A stretch of DNA of 64,000 nucleotides from an uncultured bacterium (GTDB lineage: Bacteria > Desulfobacterota_D > UBA1144 > Nemesobacterales > UBA2774), in NCBI GenBank assembly GCA_963705505.1, contig CAVPJU010000001.1, forward strand, positions 160,001 to 224,000, written 5' to 3'. The position numbers and the translations under genes were made by a program. This document shows, piece after piece, positions 39,403 through 49,527 of this stretch (position 1 is its first letter; the number at the start of each line of letters is the position of its first letter). The notes under the pieces were generated by a model. The model was not told the origin of the DNA, ran no database searches, and was given only the letters and a program-made list of their open reading frames with translations.

Positions 39403-39606
39403 CTACTGAGAGATCTTATTGACCTTGCTGGCTTGAAGTCCCTTGGGGCTTTCGACTACTTCAAATTCTACTTCATCACCTTCGGCCAGGGTTCTGAAAC
39501 CAGATCCTTCAATGGCACTGTAATGAACGAATACGTCTTTACCGTTGTCCTGCTCGATGAATCCGAAACCTTTGGACTCGTTGAACCATTTAACCTTACC
39601 TTTCAA
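39403..39606 (-). CDS. Cold-shock domain protein
   Basis: VKWFN, KGFGFI (RNP1) and VFVHY (RNP2); TTG start with GGAGG RBS. Confidence 0.96.
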   Translation of the reverse strand: MKGKVKWFNESKGFGFIEQDNGKDVFVHYSAIEGSGFRTLAEGDEVEFEVVESPKGLQASKVNKISQ

Positions 39607-39637
39607 ATCAATTCCTCCAAAAAATAAGATTCATGCA

Positions 39638-39665
39638 AGAGTACATACTTTTATTTTTTAGTCAA
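39638..39665 (-). promoter_or_regulatory. Candidate sigma70 promoter for csp
   Basis: TTGACT-16 nt-TACTCT. Confidence 0.35.
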
Positions 39666-39701
39666 CAGGAATGAATATTTTTTAATCTCGTCGGTTGCGA
39701 T

Positions 39702-39730
39702 TTGACATTAAAACCTAACCTATATAGCCT
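39702..39730 (+). promoter_or_regulatory. Candidate sigma70 promoter for tpx
   Basis: TTGACA-17 nt-TAGCCT. Confidence 0.35.
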
Positions 39731-39787
39731 AAATCGGGAAAATCGATTATCACGGTGAATTGAAGAAATCGAGGAGGTATCAGCACC

Positions 39788-40306
39788 ATGGCGGAAGAAA
39801 GACCGAATGTGGTTAAAATGAAAGGCAACCCCGTCACCCTTTTGGGACACGAAGTCAAAGTCGGCCAAAAAGCCCCTGATTTCACGGCACATGCGGGCCT
39901 CGGAGCGCCTGTCGGACTCGGCGATCTGAAAGACAAGGTGAAAGTATTCAACGTCGTTGTTTCGGTAGATACTCCTGTCTGCGACGTTCAGACCAAGAGG
40001 TTTAACAAAGAGGCCGCCGGTCTCGGGGACGATGTCGAGATCGTGACTATCAGCATGGACCTCCCGTTTGCTCTCAAGCGTTACTGCGCTGCCGAGGGGA
40101 TAGATAAAGTGAGGACCCTGTCCGATTATCAGAACGCATCGTTCGGTGAAGCCTACGGTGTGCTGATAAAGGAAAACAGACTCCTCGCGAGGTCTATATT
40201 CGTCGTGGATAAGAACGACAAGGTCAGGCATGTGGAATATGTGGGCGAAATAACGCATGAGCCTGACTACGAATCGGCCTTGAAAGCGGTTAGGGAATCC
40301 GTATAA
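39788..40306 (+). CDS. tpx: Thiol peroxidase (atypical 2-Cys peroxiredoxin)
   Basis: SVDTPVC, SMDLPFA..RYC, LLARS and EPDY motifs. Confidence 0.95.
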   Translation: MAEERPNVVKMKGNPVTLLGHEVKVGQKAPDFTAHAGLGAPVGLGDLKDKVKVFNVVVSVDTPVCDVQTKRFNKEAAGLGDDVEIVTISMDLPFALKRYCAAEGIDKVRTLSDYQNASFGEAYGVLIKENRLLARSIFVVDKNDKVRHVEYVGEITHEPDYESALKAVRESV

Positions 40307-40473
40307 CCGGCAGCTTGTTGAAAACCGGAAAGGAATCCGCCCTTAAGCAGGATGAAATTTTACTTCGGACGGTCCGGGATTTAAATCCATATCCCGGCAT
40401 TCTCACCTTTAAATTCTCCCTCCGGATATGTATCCTTATTAAAGAGAAGCAATTCAGTTAAGGAGGCTCTGCT

Positions 40474-41031
40474 ATGGGGCTCGGAAAAATGCTGTCAGGT
40501 CTGTTTAAAAAAGACGAGAAGGAAGAGGCTCCGGTTAATTCGAACAGTCCCGGAAATCTTTTGACCGATGGACCCGAAAAAGAGAATGTTTATCTAACCA
40601 AGACTCTCGAAGCACCAATGGGTAAGAGCGCTGCCTCAGACGGAGCCTCGGATGAAGTTTCGAAGATTAATCCCGAATCCGATAACAAATCCGGCTCACG
40701 CCAAGAAGCTTCCGCCGATTCCGGTAACGGCACGGTAACGGAGGAAAAGATCCTCGAAGTGCTGAGCAATGTGTATGACCCCGAGATTCCGATCGATATA
40801 GTCAATCTGGGTCTTATATACGGTATAGAGATAGAAGGCGGGAACGTCCGCATAAGCATGACTATGACTGCACCGGGATGTCCGGCTTCGACCCAGATAG
40901 CGGGCGAATCCAAAATCCTGGTCGAGGAGATTCCCGGCGTGGATTCCGTGGACATAGAGCTTGTCTGGGACCCGCCCTGGGATCCGAGCAAGATGAGCGA
41001 AGACGCTCAGCAGAGCCTGGGAATGTTTTGA
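40474..41031 (+). CDS. DUF59/SufT-like Fe-S cluster assembly protein with disordered N-terminal extension
   Basis: VYDPEIPIDIVNLGLIY, MTMTAPGCP and WDPPW motifs. Confidence 0.9.
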   Translation: MGLGKMLSGLFKKDEKEEAPVNSNSPGNLLTDGPEKENVYLTKTLEAPMGKSAASDGASDEVSKINPESDNKSGSRQEASADSGNGTVTEEKILEVLSNVYDPEIPIDIVNLGLIYGIEIEGGNVRISMTMTAPGCPASTQIAGESKILVEEIPGVDSVDIELVWDPPWDPSKMSEDAQQSLGMF

Positions 41032-41078
41032 CCGGGGTCTGGTCTGGCGGCATCCATCCTGAAAAGGCATAATAAATT

Positions 41079-41840
41079 ATGCCTTCCCATCCACGAAGTA
41101 TTTTCGTAACCGGCACAGACACGGGTGTAGGTAAAACGGTCATAACTGCCGCCTTGGCCTGGACAATGGTAAAGGCGGGAAAAAAAACGGCGGTGATGAA
41201 ACCGGTGCAGACAGGCACCGGCCTGCCCGGACTTACTGACATCGAGTTTGTGGAGAAGGTGCTGGGCTCGGATTATGTCCTCGATGAAGCCTGCCCTTAC
41301 CGTTTTTCCGAGCCGCTTTCCCCACTGACCGCCTCCATGATCTCAGGAAAAAAAATAGACGTTGAGAAAATTAAAAGGGCGTTCCTCAAGCTCAAATCGA
41401 TTCATGACGTCGTCATCGTGGAAGGAGCGGGCGGCCTTCTCGTCCCGATACGCGAAGATTATCTTATGTGCGATCTCGCGTCTGACCTCGGGCTCTCTTT
41501 GCTCGTAGTTACGCGTCCCGGCCTCGGGACATTAAACCATACGGCTCTTACCGTTGAATCCGCGAAGTCGAGAGGGCTCGATATCCTGGGAATTGTTATC
41601 AACTGTTTTCCCTCAGTCCCCGGAGAGGCCGAGCGTACAAACCCCGCAATCATGATGCGAATGACCGGAGTGCCTATCGCCGGAGTGTTTCCGTCCGACC
41701 CTGCGCTGTCAGTGGAAGAGGGCAGAGTCGGGAGAATAAGGGAAATCGCCGCTTCGGCGTTCATTCCGTCGCTTTCCGGTACTTTTGACTCCGGTGAGTT
41801 CCTCTCGGCGCTCGGCAAAATCGACGGCGCCTTCTCCTGA
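41079..41840 (+). CDS. bioD: Dethiobiotin synthase
   Basis: TGTDTGVGKT, KPVQTG, VEGAGG and LGTLNHT motifs. Confidence 0.95.
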   Translation: MPSHPRSIFVTGTDTGVGKTVITAALAWTMVKAGKKTAVMKPVQTGTGLPGLTDIEFVEKVLGSDYVLDEACPYRFSEPLSPLTASMISGKKIDVEKIKRAFLKLKSIHDVVIVEGAGGLLVPIREDYLMCDLASDLGLSLLVVTRPGLGTLNHTALTVESAKSRGLDILGIVINCFPSVPGEAERTNPAIMMRMTGVPIAGVFPSDPALSVEEGRVGRIREIAASAFIPSLSGTFDSGEFLSALGKIDGAFS

Positions 41841-41916
41841 ATACCTACATTAACTGTCGTAAACCGTTAGAAATATTTTGAATCCGATACTGAGCGAAAA
41901 CAGGTGTAATCGAAAC

Positions 41917-41944
41917 TTGACAGATTAACTTGGTATGATATAAA
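41917..41944 (+). promoter_or_regulatory. Candidate sigma70 promoter for act operon
   Basis: TTGACA-16 nt-TATAAA with TGn extended -10. Confidence 0.4.
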
Positions 41945-42013
41945 TACTAGGCGTTTTTGAGTACTTAGATACAAACTTTCCAATGGATACACTCCAGAGC
42001 TAAGGTAAATAGG

Positions 42014-42592
42014 ATGAGAAAACGGATAACACTGCTTTTGCTGCCTATACTGTCTCTTTTTATTTTTCTGGGTCTATATTTTTTCGACTTCAGCGCTCAA
42101 AGCAGCAGCCAGGGTCCGATTCAGCCTATAAGGTTCAGTCACAAAATCCATGCCGGCATGGACAACACTCAGCTCCCCTGTCAGTACTGCCACAGTTTCG
42201 TAGACGTATCTCCGAACCCCGGAATACCTTCGGTTAAAAAATGCATGGGGTGCCACACGCACATAGCGGGGCGCGATGTCGAATACGATTTTGACGGGAC
42301 GACTATAAATATCATGAATGAAATAGGTAAAGTCAGGGATTATTGGGCGAAGAAGGAGCCGATTCCGTGGAACAAGGTAAATTCTATGCCCGGGTATGTC
42401 CACTTTACACATAAGAGGCATATTCAGCGCGGGTTCGAATGCAAGGCGTGCCATGGGGATGTAGCAAATATGAATCAGGTCTATAAGGTCGAGAGGCTCA
42501 ACATGGGATTCTGCATAACCTGTCATACGCAGAATGCGAAGGACCATGAGCAGCTGACTCACCTTAAGGACTGTCTCACGTGTCATTATTAA
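42014..42592 (+). CDS. actA: Alternative complex III pentaheme cytochrome c subunit
   Basis: N-terminal TM, QPIRFSHKIH, five CxxCH motifs (CQYCH, CMGCH, CKACH, CITCH, CLTCH). Confidence 0.9.
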   Translation: MRKRITLLLLPILSLFIFLGLYFFDFSAQSSSQGPIQPIRFSHKIHAGMDNTQLPCQYCHSFVDVSPNPGIPSVKKCMGCHTHIAGRDVEYDFDGTTINIMNEIGKVRDYWAKKEPIPWNKVNSMPGYVHFTHKRHIQRGFECKACHGDVANMNQVYKVERLNMGFCITCHTQNAKDHEQLTHLKDCLTCHY

Positions 42593-42604
42593 TTGGAGGA
42601 GGAA

Positions 42605-45541
42605 ATGTCTCAAGATAAAAAGGGCGGTATCAAGAGAAGGGATTTCCTTAAGATCATAGGAGTTGCGAGCGGTACGGCTGCTATAGCCGGCGCCTGCTCC
42701 AATCCGGCAGAGCAGATCATCCCTTATGTCATCCCGCCTGAGGGTATCATCCCCGGTGTACCTAACTTCTACGCCAGCACATGCCGGGAGTGTCCGGCGG
42801 GCTGCGGTATAATCGTGAAGAACCGCGAAGGCCGGGCGATTAAGGTAGAGGGGAACCCTGCAAACCCAATAAATAGGGGATCGAGCTGCGCTCAGGGTCA
42901 GGCCATGCTTCAGGGGCTTTATAACCCCGACCGTATACGGTCTCCTCTCAGTAAAAACGATCTCGGGAGAATGCTGCCCGAAGGATGGGACAACGCCCAG
43001 AAAATTCTCACGGATAAAATCGAAGAGATTAGAAAGAAAGGCGGCAGCGGAAGGATCGTGTTCTTGTCCGACCACAATGAAGGGACACTCGGCAGCCTGA
43101 TAGACGACTGGATGTCTGCGATTGGCGGAAAGCGCATTTCTTATGAGGTCTATTCGTATGAGCCGTTAAAAGAAGCAAACCGTATCGTATTCGGAATAGA
43201 CAAGCTGCCTACATATAACATCGACAAAGCGAAGTACCTCCTTTCGTTCGGCGCCGACTTTATAGAAACCTGGCTTTCGCCGACCCTCTACACGAGGCAG
43301 TTCAGCGATATGCACTCCTATAAGGACAAGTCAATGGGGAAATTCGTCTACGTGGACCCGAGAGCGTCTCTTACGGGAGTAAACGCGGACGAATGGGTTT
43401 CTATAAAACCGGGTACGGAAGCGGTCCTCGCGCTCGGTATTGCAAACGTCATGGTGAGCGAAGGGTTGGCTGCTAACGGCGGAGGCGGGTTTGCGGGCCT
43501 CCTGAGCGGTTACACGCCCGACAAAGTGTCCACGGTGACGGATGTTCCCGCAGATACCATAAGAGAGATAGCAAAGGAGTTCTCTTCGATGCAGCCGAGC
43601 CTCGCTATCGGCGGTGGCGTCGCGAATACCTCCACAAACGCTACGGAGACCCTCGTTGCGATAAATATTCTAAATTACGTGGCCGGAAATGTGGGCCAGA
43701 CTATCGATTTCGGCAATACACTGACACTCTCGAACGTAAGCTCGTTTAAAGAAATATCCGCGCTCGTCGATTCCATGGCTAAGGGCCAGGTCGATCTATT
43801 ATTCATATACAACGTAAACCCCGTATTCACACTGCCCAAGCCGCTCGGATTTGAGGATGCGCTCGGCAAGGTGCCTTACGTGGTCAGCTTCTCGAGTTTC
43901 ATGGACGAGACGACCGAGAAGGCCAACCTCATTCTTCCGGATAATACGACAATAGAGAGCTGGGGGGATTTCATACCCGATGAAAGGGTCCACGGTTTGA
44001 TACAGCCGGTAATGACCCCGGTATTCAACACCAAGAACACGGGCGACGTAATACTCGCCGTCACGGCCGGGCTTGAGGGTTTGAAGGACAGATATACTCA
44101 GACTTCGTTTTATGACTACCTGAGAGATTCATGGAAGCGCGTCTGGACGAGTGTCACGGGCGGCGGGGATTTCGAGGCTTTCTGGAAAGACGCTCTCGAG
44201 AAGGGCGGAATTTACAGAGAAGTCAGCCCCGTACAGGTATCCGTGTCCGGGAATATTTCAGGAATAAGCTTTTCCGCTCCCGAATTCATGGGGGACGGCG
44301 AATACTATTTCGTAGCCTACCCGTCTTACAAATACTACGACGGGAGGGGGGCTAACAAGCCCTGGCTCCAGGAGCTGCCCGATGCCATCAGCACGGGGGT
44401 CTGGGACTCGTGGGTCGAGATACACCCCGATACCGCAAATAAGCTCGGCGTTAAGCTCGGGGATTTCGTAAAGATCGAGTCCCCTTACGGTGCGATCGAG
44501 ACGCAGGCCTATGTTTATCAGGGGATAAGACCCGATACGCTTGCCGTGATGATCGGCCAGGGGCATACGAGCTACGGAAGGTATGCAAAAGACAGAGGGG
44601 TAAACCCTATCTCCATTCTTCCCGTTTCCATCGATAAGATTACGGGGAGCTTCGCCTGGCTTACTACGAAGGTTAAGGCCGCGGGTACGGGAAAATACGC
44701 CCAGTTCGTACAGACACAGTACACCACTGATCAGCATGACAGGGACGTCGCACAGCAGGTAACGCTCACGGAGCTCGAGCAGGGCTTACAACGTGAAGAG
44801 GAGAAAGAGCCCGATTTTTATCCTCCCAAAGTATATGCGAGGTATCAGTGGGGTATGTCGATAGACCTTCAGAAATGCACCGGATGCGGCGCGTGTGTCA
44901 CGGCCTGCTACGCGGAGAACAATATCCCGTTTGTCGGCAAGGAGCTCATGGCAAAGAGGCGCGACATGGCGTGGCTCAGGATCGAGAGATATTTTGAAAA
45001 ATCCGACAATAAGTCCGGGTTCGAGACGAGATTTCTGCCGATGCTCTGCCAGCAGTGCAATAACGCTCCTTGTGAGCCGGTATGTCCGGTATTCGCGACA
45101 TACCATAACCCCGAAGGGCTTAACGCTATGGTGTACAACAGGTGTGTGGGGACGAGGTATTGCTCTAACAACTGCACGTACAGCGTGCGGAAGTTCAACT
45201 GGTTCTCGTATAAATTCCCCGAGCCCCTCAACTGGCAGCTAAACCCGGACGTCACTGTCAGGGATAAAGGCGTGATGGAGAAATGTACGTTCTGCATACA
45301 GAGGATCAATTATGCCAAGGACCAGGCCAAGGACAAGGGCAGGGACGTGCTGGACGGTGAGATCCAGGTCGCGTGCCAGCAGTCCTGTGCGTCGGGCGCT
45401 ATTGTTTTCGGGAATTTAAAGGATACAGGCTCGGAGGTTTCTAAACTTTCGAGTGACGAAAGGGGTTATAACGTGCTTCATCAGCTTAACACGCAGCCGA
45501 ATATTACGTATCTAAAAAAAGTCAAATGGGATAAGGCATAA
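42605..45541 (+). CDS. actB: Alternative complex III subunit B (molybdopterin-oxidoreductase-like + Fe-S domain), Tat substrate
   Basis: KRRDFLK Tat motif, KVEGNP, NKPWLQELPD; C-terminal CTGCGACVTAC, CQQCNNAPCEPVCP, CVGTRYCSNNC and EKCTFC. Confidence 0.9.
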   Translation: MSQDKKGGIKRRDFLKIIGVASGTAAIAGACSNPAEQIIPYVIPPEGIIPGVPNFYASTCRECPAGCGIIVKNREGRAIKVEGNPANPINRGSSCAQGQAMLQGLYNPDRIRSPLSKNDLGRMLPEGWDNAQKILTDKIEEIRKKGGSGRIVFLSDHNEGTLGSLIDDWMSAIGGKRISYEVYSYEPLKEANRIVFGIDKLPTYNIDKAKYLLSFGADFIETWLSPTLYTRQFSDMHSYKDKSMGKFVYVDPRASLTGVNADEWVSIKPGTEAVLALGIANVMVSEGLAANGGGGFAGLLSGYTPDKVSTVTDVPADTIREIAKEFSSMQPSLAIGGGVANTSTNATETLVAINILNYVAGNVGQTIDFGNTLTLSNVSSFKEISALVDSMAKGQVDLLFIYNVNPVFTLPKPLGFEDALGKVPYVVSFSSFMDETTEKANLILPDNTTIESWGDFIPDERVHGLIQPVMTPVFNTKNTGDVILAVTAGLEGLKDRYTQTSFYDYLRDSWKRVWTSVTGGGDFEAFWKDALEKGGIYREVSPVQVSVSGNISGISFSAPEFMGDGEYYFVAYPSYKYYDGRGANKPWLQELPDAISTGVWDSWVEIHPDTANKLGVKLGDFVKIESPYGAIETQAYVYQGIRPDTLAVMIGQGHTSYGRYAKDRGVNPISILPVSIDKITGSFAWLTTKVKAAGTGKYAQFVQTQYTTDQHDRDVAQQVTLTELEQGLQREEEKEPDFYPPKVYARYQWGMSIDLQKCTGCGACVTACYAENNIPFVGKELMAKRRDMAWLRIERYFEKSDNKSGFETRFLPMLCQQCNNAPCEPVCPVFATYHNPEGLNAMVYNRCVGTRYCSNNCTYSVRKFNWFSYKFPEPLNWQLNPDVTVRDKGVMEKCTFCIQRINYAKDQAKDKGRDVLDGEIQVACQQSCASGAIVFGNLKDTGSEVSKLSSDERGYNVLHQLNTQPNITYLKKVKWDKA

Positions 45542-46878
45542 TGAGTGAGCAAACATCATTAACTTATGCAAAAGTTAACGAAGATGTAATACGAATACTC
45601 GATAAGCCCACCATAAAGTGGCTTGCGCTGTTCATACCCACTCTCGGGTTCGTCGGCTTCGGTCTCTTTTGTTTTCTTTATCAGGTCTATACGGGTCTCG
45701 GTGTGGCGGGTTACAGGCACCCGGTATTCTGGGGCGTTTACATCACGGACTTCGTTTTCTGGGTCGGTATAGCGCACTCGGGAACGCTGATCTCGGCAAT
45801 ACTTTACCTCTTCAGGGCTAATTTCAGGGTTTCCATATATAGGATTGCGGAAGCGATGACGGTTTTTGCGGTTCTGACCGCGGGGCTTTTCCCGATCATA
45901 CACCTGGGAAGACCGTGGTTCTTCTACTGGCTTTTCCCATATCCCAACCAGAGAGAATTGTGGGTCAATTTCAAATCTCCGCTCCTCTGGGACGTATTTG
46001 CAGTCAGCACATACCTCACTGTGAGCTCCGTATTTTTCTTCGTCGGGATGATACCGGATATAGCCGCGGTCAGGGACAAGGTGAAAGAAGTCCCGCGCAA
46101 AATTTTATACACCGTGCTCTCGTTGGGATGGAAGGGCTCCAACTGGGAATGGCTCCATTATTCGAGGGCGTATCTCTATTTCGCCGCGTTTGCGACACCG
46201 CTCGTTTTGTCAGTGCACAGTGTCGTATCCTGGGACTTCGCTATGGCGGACCTGCCCGGGTGGCATACGACGATTTTCGCCCCCTATTTCGTAGCGGGAG
46301 CTATATTCTCGGGGCTCGGGATGGTCATATCGCTCACCATTCCCATAAGAAAAATCTTCGCGCTCGAGAACTACATAACACTCGACAATTATGACGGCAT
46401 GGCGAAGATGATATTACTCACGTCCCTTATCGTAGGGTATGCGTACGGATGTGAATTTTTTATGGCGTGGTACAGCGGAAACCCAGCGGAATGGGGACAG
46501 TTTTATTACAGGGCGACCGGGCAGTATGCGCTTTTTTACTGGATAATGGTCGTTTGCAACGTAGTCATGCCGATCCCGCTCTGGTTCAAGTCCGTAAGGA
46601 GAAATCTAAAAGTATTATTCATTATTTCCATATTCATAAACATCGGTATGTGGTTTGAAAGGTTCAACATCATCGTGATCTCTCTCTCCCAGGGTTTCGA
46701 GCCCGGCGCGTGGGGGATCTATAAAATCTCCTGGGTTGAAATGGGGATTACGGTCGGCAGCTTTGCGTGGTTCTTCATGTTCTTCCTTCTGTTTATAAAG
46801 ACGCTGCCCGCAATTTCGATTTCCGAATTAAAGGAAATATTGCCTGTTCCGAGGAAGGAGGCAAAACATCATGGATAA
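45541..46878 (+). CDS. actC: Alternative complex III NrfD/PsrC-like membrane subunit
   Basis: WGVYITDFVFWVGIAHSGT, HLGRPW, SPLLWD, SVHSVVSWDF and WHTTIF motifs. Confidence 0.93.
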   Translation: MSEQTSLTYAKVNEDVIRILDKPTIKWLALFIPTLGFVGFGLFCFLYQVYTGLGVAGYRHPVFWGVYITDFVFWVGIAHSGTLISAILYLFRANFRVSIYRIAEAMTVFAVLTAGLFPIIHLGRPWFFYWLFPYPNQRELWVNFKSPLLWDVFAVSTYLTVSSVFFFVGMIPDIAAVRDKVKEVPRKILYTVLSLGWKGSNWEWLHYSRAYLYFAAFATPLVLSVHSVVSWDFAMADLPGWHTTIFAPYFVAGAIFSGLGMVISLTIPIRKIFALENYITLDNYDGMAKMILLTSLIVGYAYGCEFFMAWYSGNPAEWGQFYYRATGQYALFYWIMVVCNVVMPIPLWFKSVRRNLKVLFIISIFINIGMWFERFNIIVISLSQGFEPGAWGIYKISWVEMGITVGSFAWFFMFFLLFIKTLPAISISELKEILPVPRKEAKHHG

Positions 46879-47380
46879 TCAGGGAGTTCTGGGAATATTC
46901 TCTTACCTCGACCTCACGGTTAATGCCGTAAAGAAACTGAAGGAAGAGGGTTTCAAAAATCTGCGTGTTTTTTCCCCCGTGCCGAACCATGAGATAGAAC
47001 ATGCCGTGGGGGCTCCTGAGAGCATCGTGCGTTTCTTTACTCTCTTCGGCGCCATGCTCGGCGCTGCCTGCGGTGTCGGTTTTACGGTCCTGACATCTAC
47101 GGATTGGCCTCTTCCGGTAAGCGCAAAACCGATCGTGTCGTTACCCCCTTACATAGTAATAATATTCGAGCTCACGATCCTCATGGGCTCGCTTTCGACC
47201 CTTCTCGGGCTGCTAATTAATTCCCGTCTCAGGCGGAACGCTCCGACGAACATGTATGACCCCAGGTTTTCCGATGATAAGTTCGGCATAATGGTTACGT
47301 GTAACAGGGATAAGGTGAAGAAGGTCGAGGAGATTCTAAATTCCCAGGGGGCTGAAGAAATAAAATTCGACGGGGTTTGA
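46871..47380 (+). CDS. actD: Alternative complex III subunit D (DUF3341)
   Basis: FSPVP, two TMs, KP..S.P....FELTIL and YDPRFSDDKF. Confidence 0.9.
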   Translation: MDNQGVLGIFSYLDLTVNAVKKLKEEGFKNLRVFSPVPNHEIEHAVGAPESIVRFFTLFGAMLGAACGVGFTVLTSTDWPLPVSAKPIVSLPPYIVIIFELTILMGSLSTLLGLLINSRLRRNAPTNMYDPRFSDDKFGIMVTCNRDKVKKVEEILNSQGAEEIKFDGV

Positions 47381-47979
47381 GCCGTCGCGGTCTCTCAGGA
47401 GGTAAAACGGGTTTGTCATTGAAGAATGCGAAATATTATACGATTTTAGTTCTGCTCTTAGGTCTTTCCGGAGCATCGAAGGCGGGCGCATTTCCGTGGA
47501 ATTTCGATATGTATATTCAGCCTTCGATCCTGCCTTATGAAGAGCCGATCCCATACCCGCAGCAGTCGGTATCGACGACCGGTCTCAGGATAGAGCCCAT
47601 GCCCCGTGAAGATTTCGAAAAGATGACGGAGAACCCCGTTGCCGCAACTGAAGAGTCTCTCAAAAAAGGTGAGAAGCTGTTTAATACGTACTGTTTTGTC
47701 TGCCACGGCAAAGAGGGCAAGGGTGACGGACCCGTAATCAAGAGGGGATTTTATCCAATGAACCTCACATCCCCGGCGGTTATTGCCAGGACCAACGGTT
47801 ACATATACGCATATATAAGATACGGCGGAAAGGTTATGATGCCGAGCTATCGGGAAAGCATAACTTCCGACGGCGCATGGAATGTTGTCAACTACGTGAG
47901 AAAGCTCCAGGGAAACCCGAAGACCGAACAACCGACTAACCCCCAGGACAAGAAAAAAGCAGAGGAGACCGCTCAGTAA
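47377..47979 (+). CDS. actE: Alternative complex III monoheme cytochrome c subunit
   Basis: DMYIQP, NPV, CFVCHG..GKGDG and MPSY motifs; start may be TTG 47413 (GGAGG upstream). Confidence 0.88.
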   Translation: MSRRGLSGGKTGLSLKNAKYYTILVLLLGLSGASKAGAFPWNFDMYIQPSILPYEEPIPYPQQSVSTTGLRIEPMPREDFEKMTENPVAATEESLKKGEKLFNTYCFVCHGKEGKGDGPVIKRGFYPMNLTSPAVIARTNGYIYAYIRYGGKVMMPSYRESITSDGAWNVVNYVRKLQGNPKTEQPTNPQDKKKAEETAQ

Positions 47980-47980
47980 T

Positions 47981-49225
47981 ATGGACCAGCTTATAAGAGA
48001 TGAAATACTTGCCAAGAGATCGCGCATACCGTCTTCGGGCATATTTATTTTTCTGATTATAGCCGTGATCGGTTTCGGCACGTTCGTATTTCAGATTTTG
48101 GGGTCCTCTCCTCAGAATGCGTGGGAGATATTCCTGATAAACTTCCTTTTCTGGACCGGCATTGCGCAGGCGGGGATAGTATTTTCGTGCATCCTTCGTA
48201 TCACCAATGCAAGGTGGGCAAGGCCGCTCCTGCGTGTAAGCGAGGGGTTAGGCTCGTTTCTGCCCATATCGCTCGTCCTGCTCCTGGTCGTATTTGCGGG
48301 AAGGGATCACCTCCTCCCTTATGCGACCGAGCCTTATCACCATCCCAAGGACGTATGGCTCAATATGAAGTTCGTATTCGGGCGCGACGTGATAGGGTTC
48401 ATAGTGCTCCTCATAGTGAGCTCGTGCTACCTTTATTATTCCCTGAGGCAGGATCTGGGCGGAGTGAGCCAGAAATTGGAAGGGCTCGCCGGCTGGGTTT
48501 CATCCGGATGGAGAGGGGAGGATGAAAGGAAGGAGATCTGGATAAAGATAGGTAAATTTGCTCCCGTCGTTATCATTTTGTACGCACTCGTTTTCAGCTT
48601 TTTCGCCTGGGATTTAATGATGTCTCTCGATCCCCACTGGTTCAGCACGCTGTTCGGCCCGTTCTACTTCATGGGGAGCTTTGTGTCGGCTATAGGCACG
48701 ACGATCATTCTTTCGATAATGCTGAGGCGGAGACTCGGCCTCGAGGATTATCTCAACGATAACCAGTACCATGACATGGGAAAGCTCCTCCAGGGTTTTT
48801 CTCTCTTCTGGGTTTATCTGTTTTTCTCGCAGCTCCTGCCTATATGGTATGCGAACATGCCGGAGGAGACGGCATTCGTTATTAAGAGGGTACAGGAAGA
48901 GCCTTTCAGGTCCCTGGCGTGGGCGGTATTGACCTGCTGCTTTATATTCCCTTTCGTTTCATTGATCCCGCGAACGAACAAGGTGGTGAAACCGATAGTC
49001 GTGTTCATAGCGTCAGTGTCGTTGACCGGGTTCCTGCTCGAAAAGTATGTGCTTATAGTGCCTTCGCTGTCTAATACTATAAATTTCGGCTTGGTGCAGA
49101 TACTTGTAACACTGGGATTCCTGGGTGCATTCGTTATGACTTTCCTTATTTTTATGAGAGCGTTTCCGTCGATTCCTGTCGGTGATCCGTTCTTCGGCGG
49201 GAAATCCGGCTCGGGAGGACATTAA
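47981..49225 (+). CDS. actF: Alternative complex III membrane subunit F
   Basis: About 10 TMs; WARP..R..E, DLMMSLDPHWFSTLFG, HDMGK and IWYANMPEE motifs. Confidence 0.9.
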   Translation: MDQLIRDEILAKRSRIPSSGIFIFLIIAVIGFGTFVFQILGSSPQNAWEIFLINFLFWTGIAQAGIVFSCILRITNARWARPLLRVSEGLGSFLPISLVLLLVVFAGRDHLLPYATEPYHHPKDVWLNMKFVFGRDVIGFIVLLIVSSCYLYYSLRQDLGGVSQKLEGLAGWVSSGWRGEDERKEIWIKIGKFAPVVIILYALVFSFFAWDLMMSLDPHWFSTLFGPFYFMGSFVSAIGTTIILSIMLRRRLGLEDYLNDNQYHDMGKLLQGFSLFWVYLFFSQLLPIWYANMPEETAFVIKRVQEEPFRSLAWAVLTCCFIFPFVSLIPRTNKVVKPIVVFIASVSLTGFLLEKYVLIVPSLSNTINFGLVQILVTLGFLGAFVMTFLIFMRAFPSIPVGDPFFGGKSGSGGH

Positions 49226-49368
49226 TGGACGAAAGAAAATTGGATATGATTTCACAGATAGTCGTGGCCGCTTTATGTCTCGGTGTGGCGGGCTTTATAT
49301 CGTTAATAGCGACCGTGGCTCTTTTCGGCCCTCATATCGCCCCTCTTATGAACAAGCTCCCCTGGTGA
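49225..49368 (+). CDS. 47-aa single-TM protein translationally coupled to actF (not in ORF track)
   Basis: TAATG stop/start overlap and GGGAGGA RBS; MDERKLDMISQIVVAALCLGVAGFISLIATVALFGPHIAPLMNKLPW*. Confidence 0.7.
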   Translation: MDERKLDMISQIVVAALCLGVAGFISLIATVALFGPHIAPLMNKLPW

Positions 49369-49527
49369 GCCGGCGTGATATAACGGGCTGCTCGGCGGGA
49401 CTTCAGCGAAGTCAGGTATCCGCAACTATAATCATCCCTCGCCATTCAAAAGCTTAATTATTTGACAGACCGCCTTATCCGATGCAACAATCTTAAGGAC
49501 AAATTCCAGAAATATCAGGAGGTCGTT

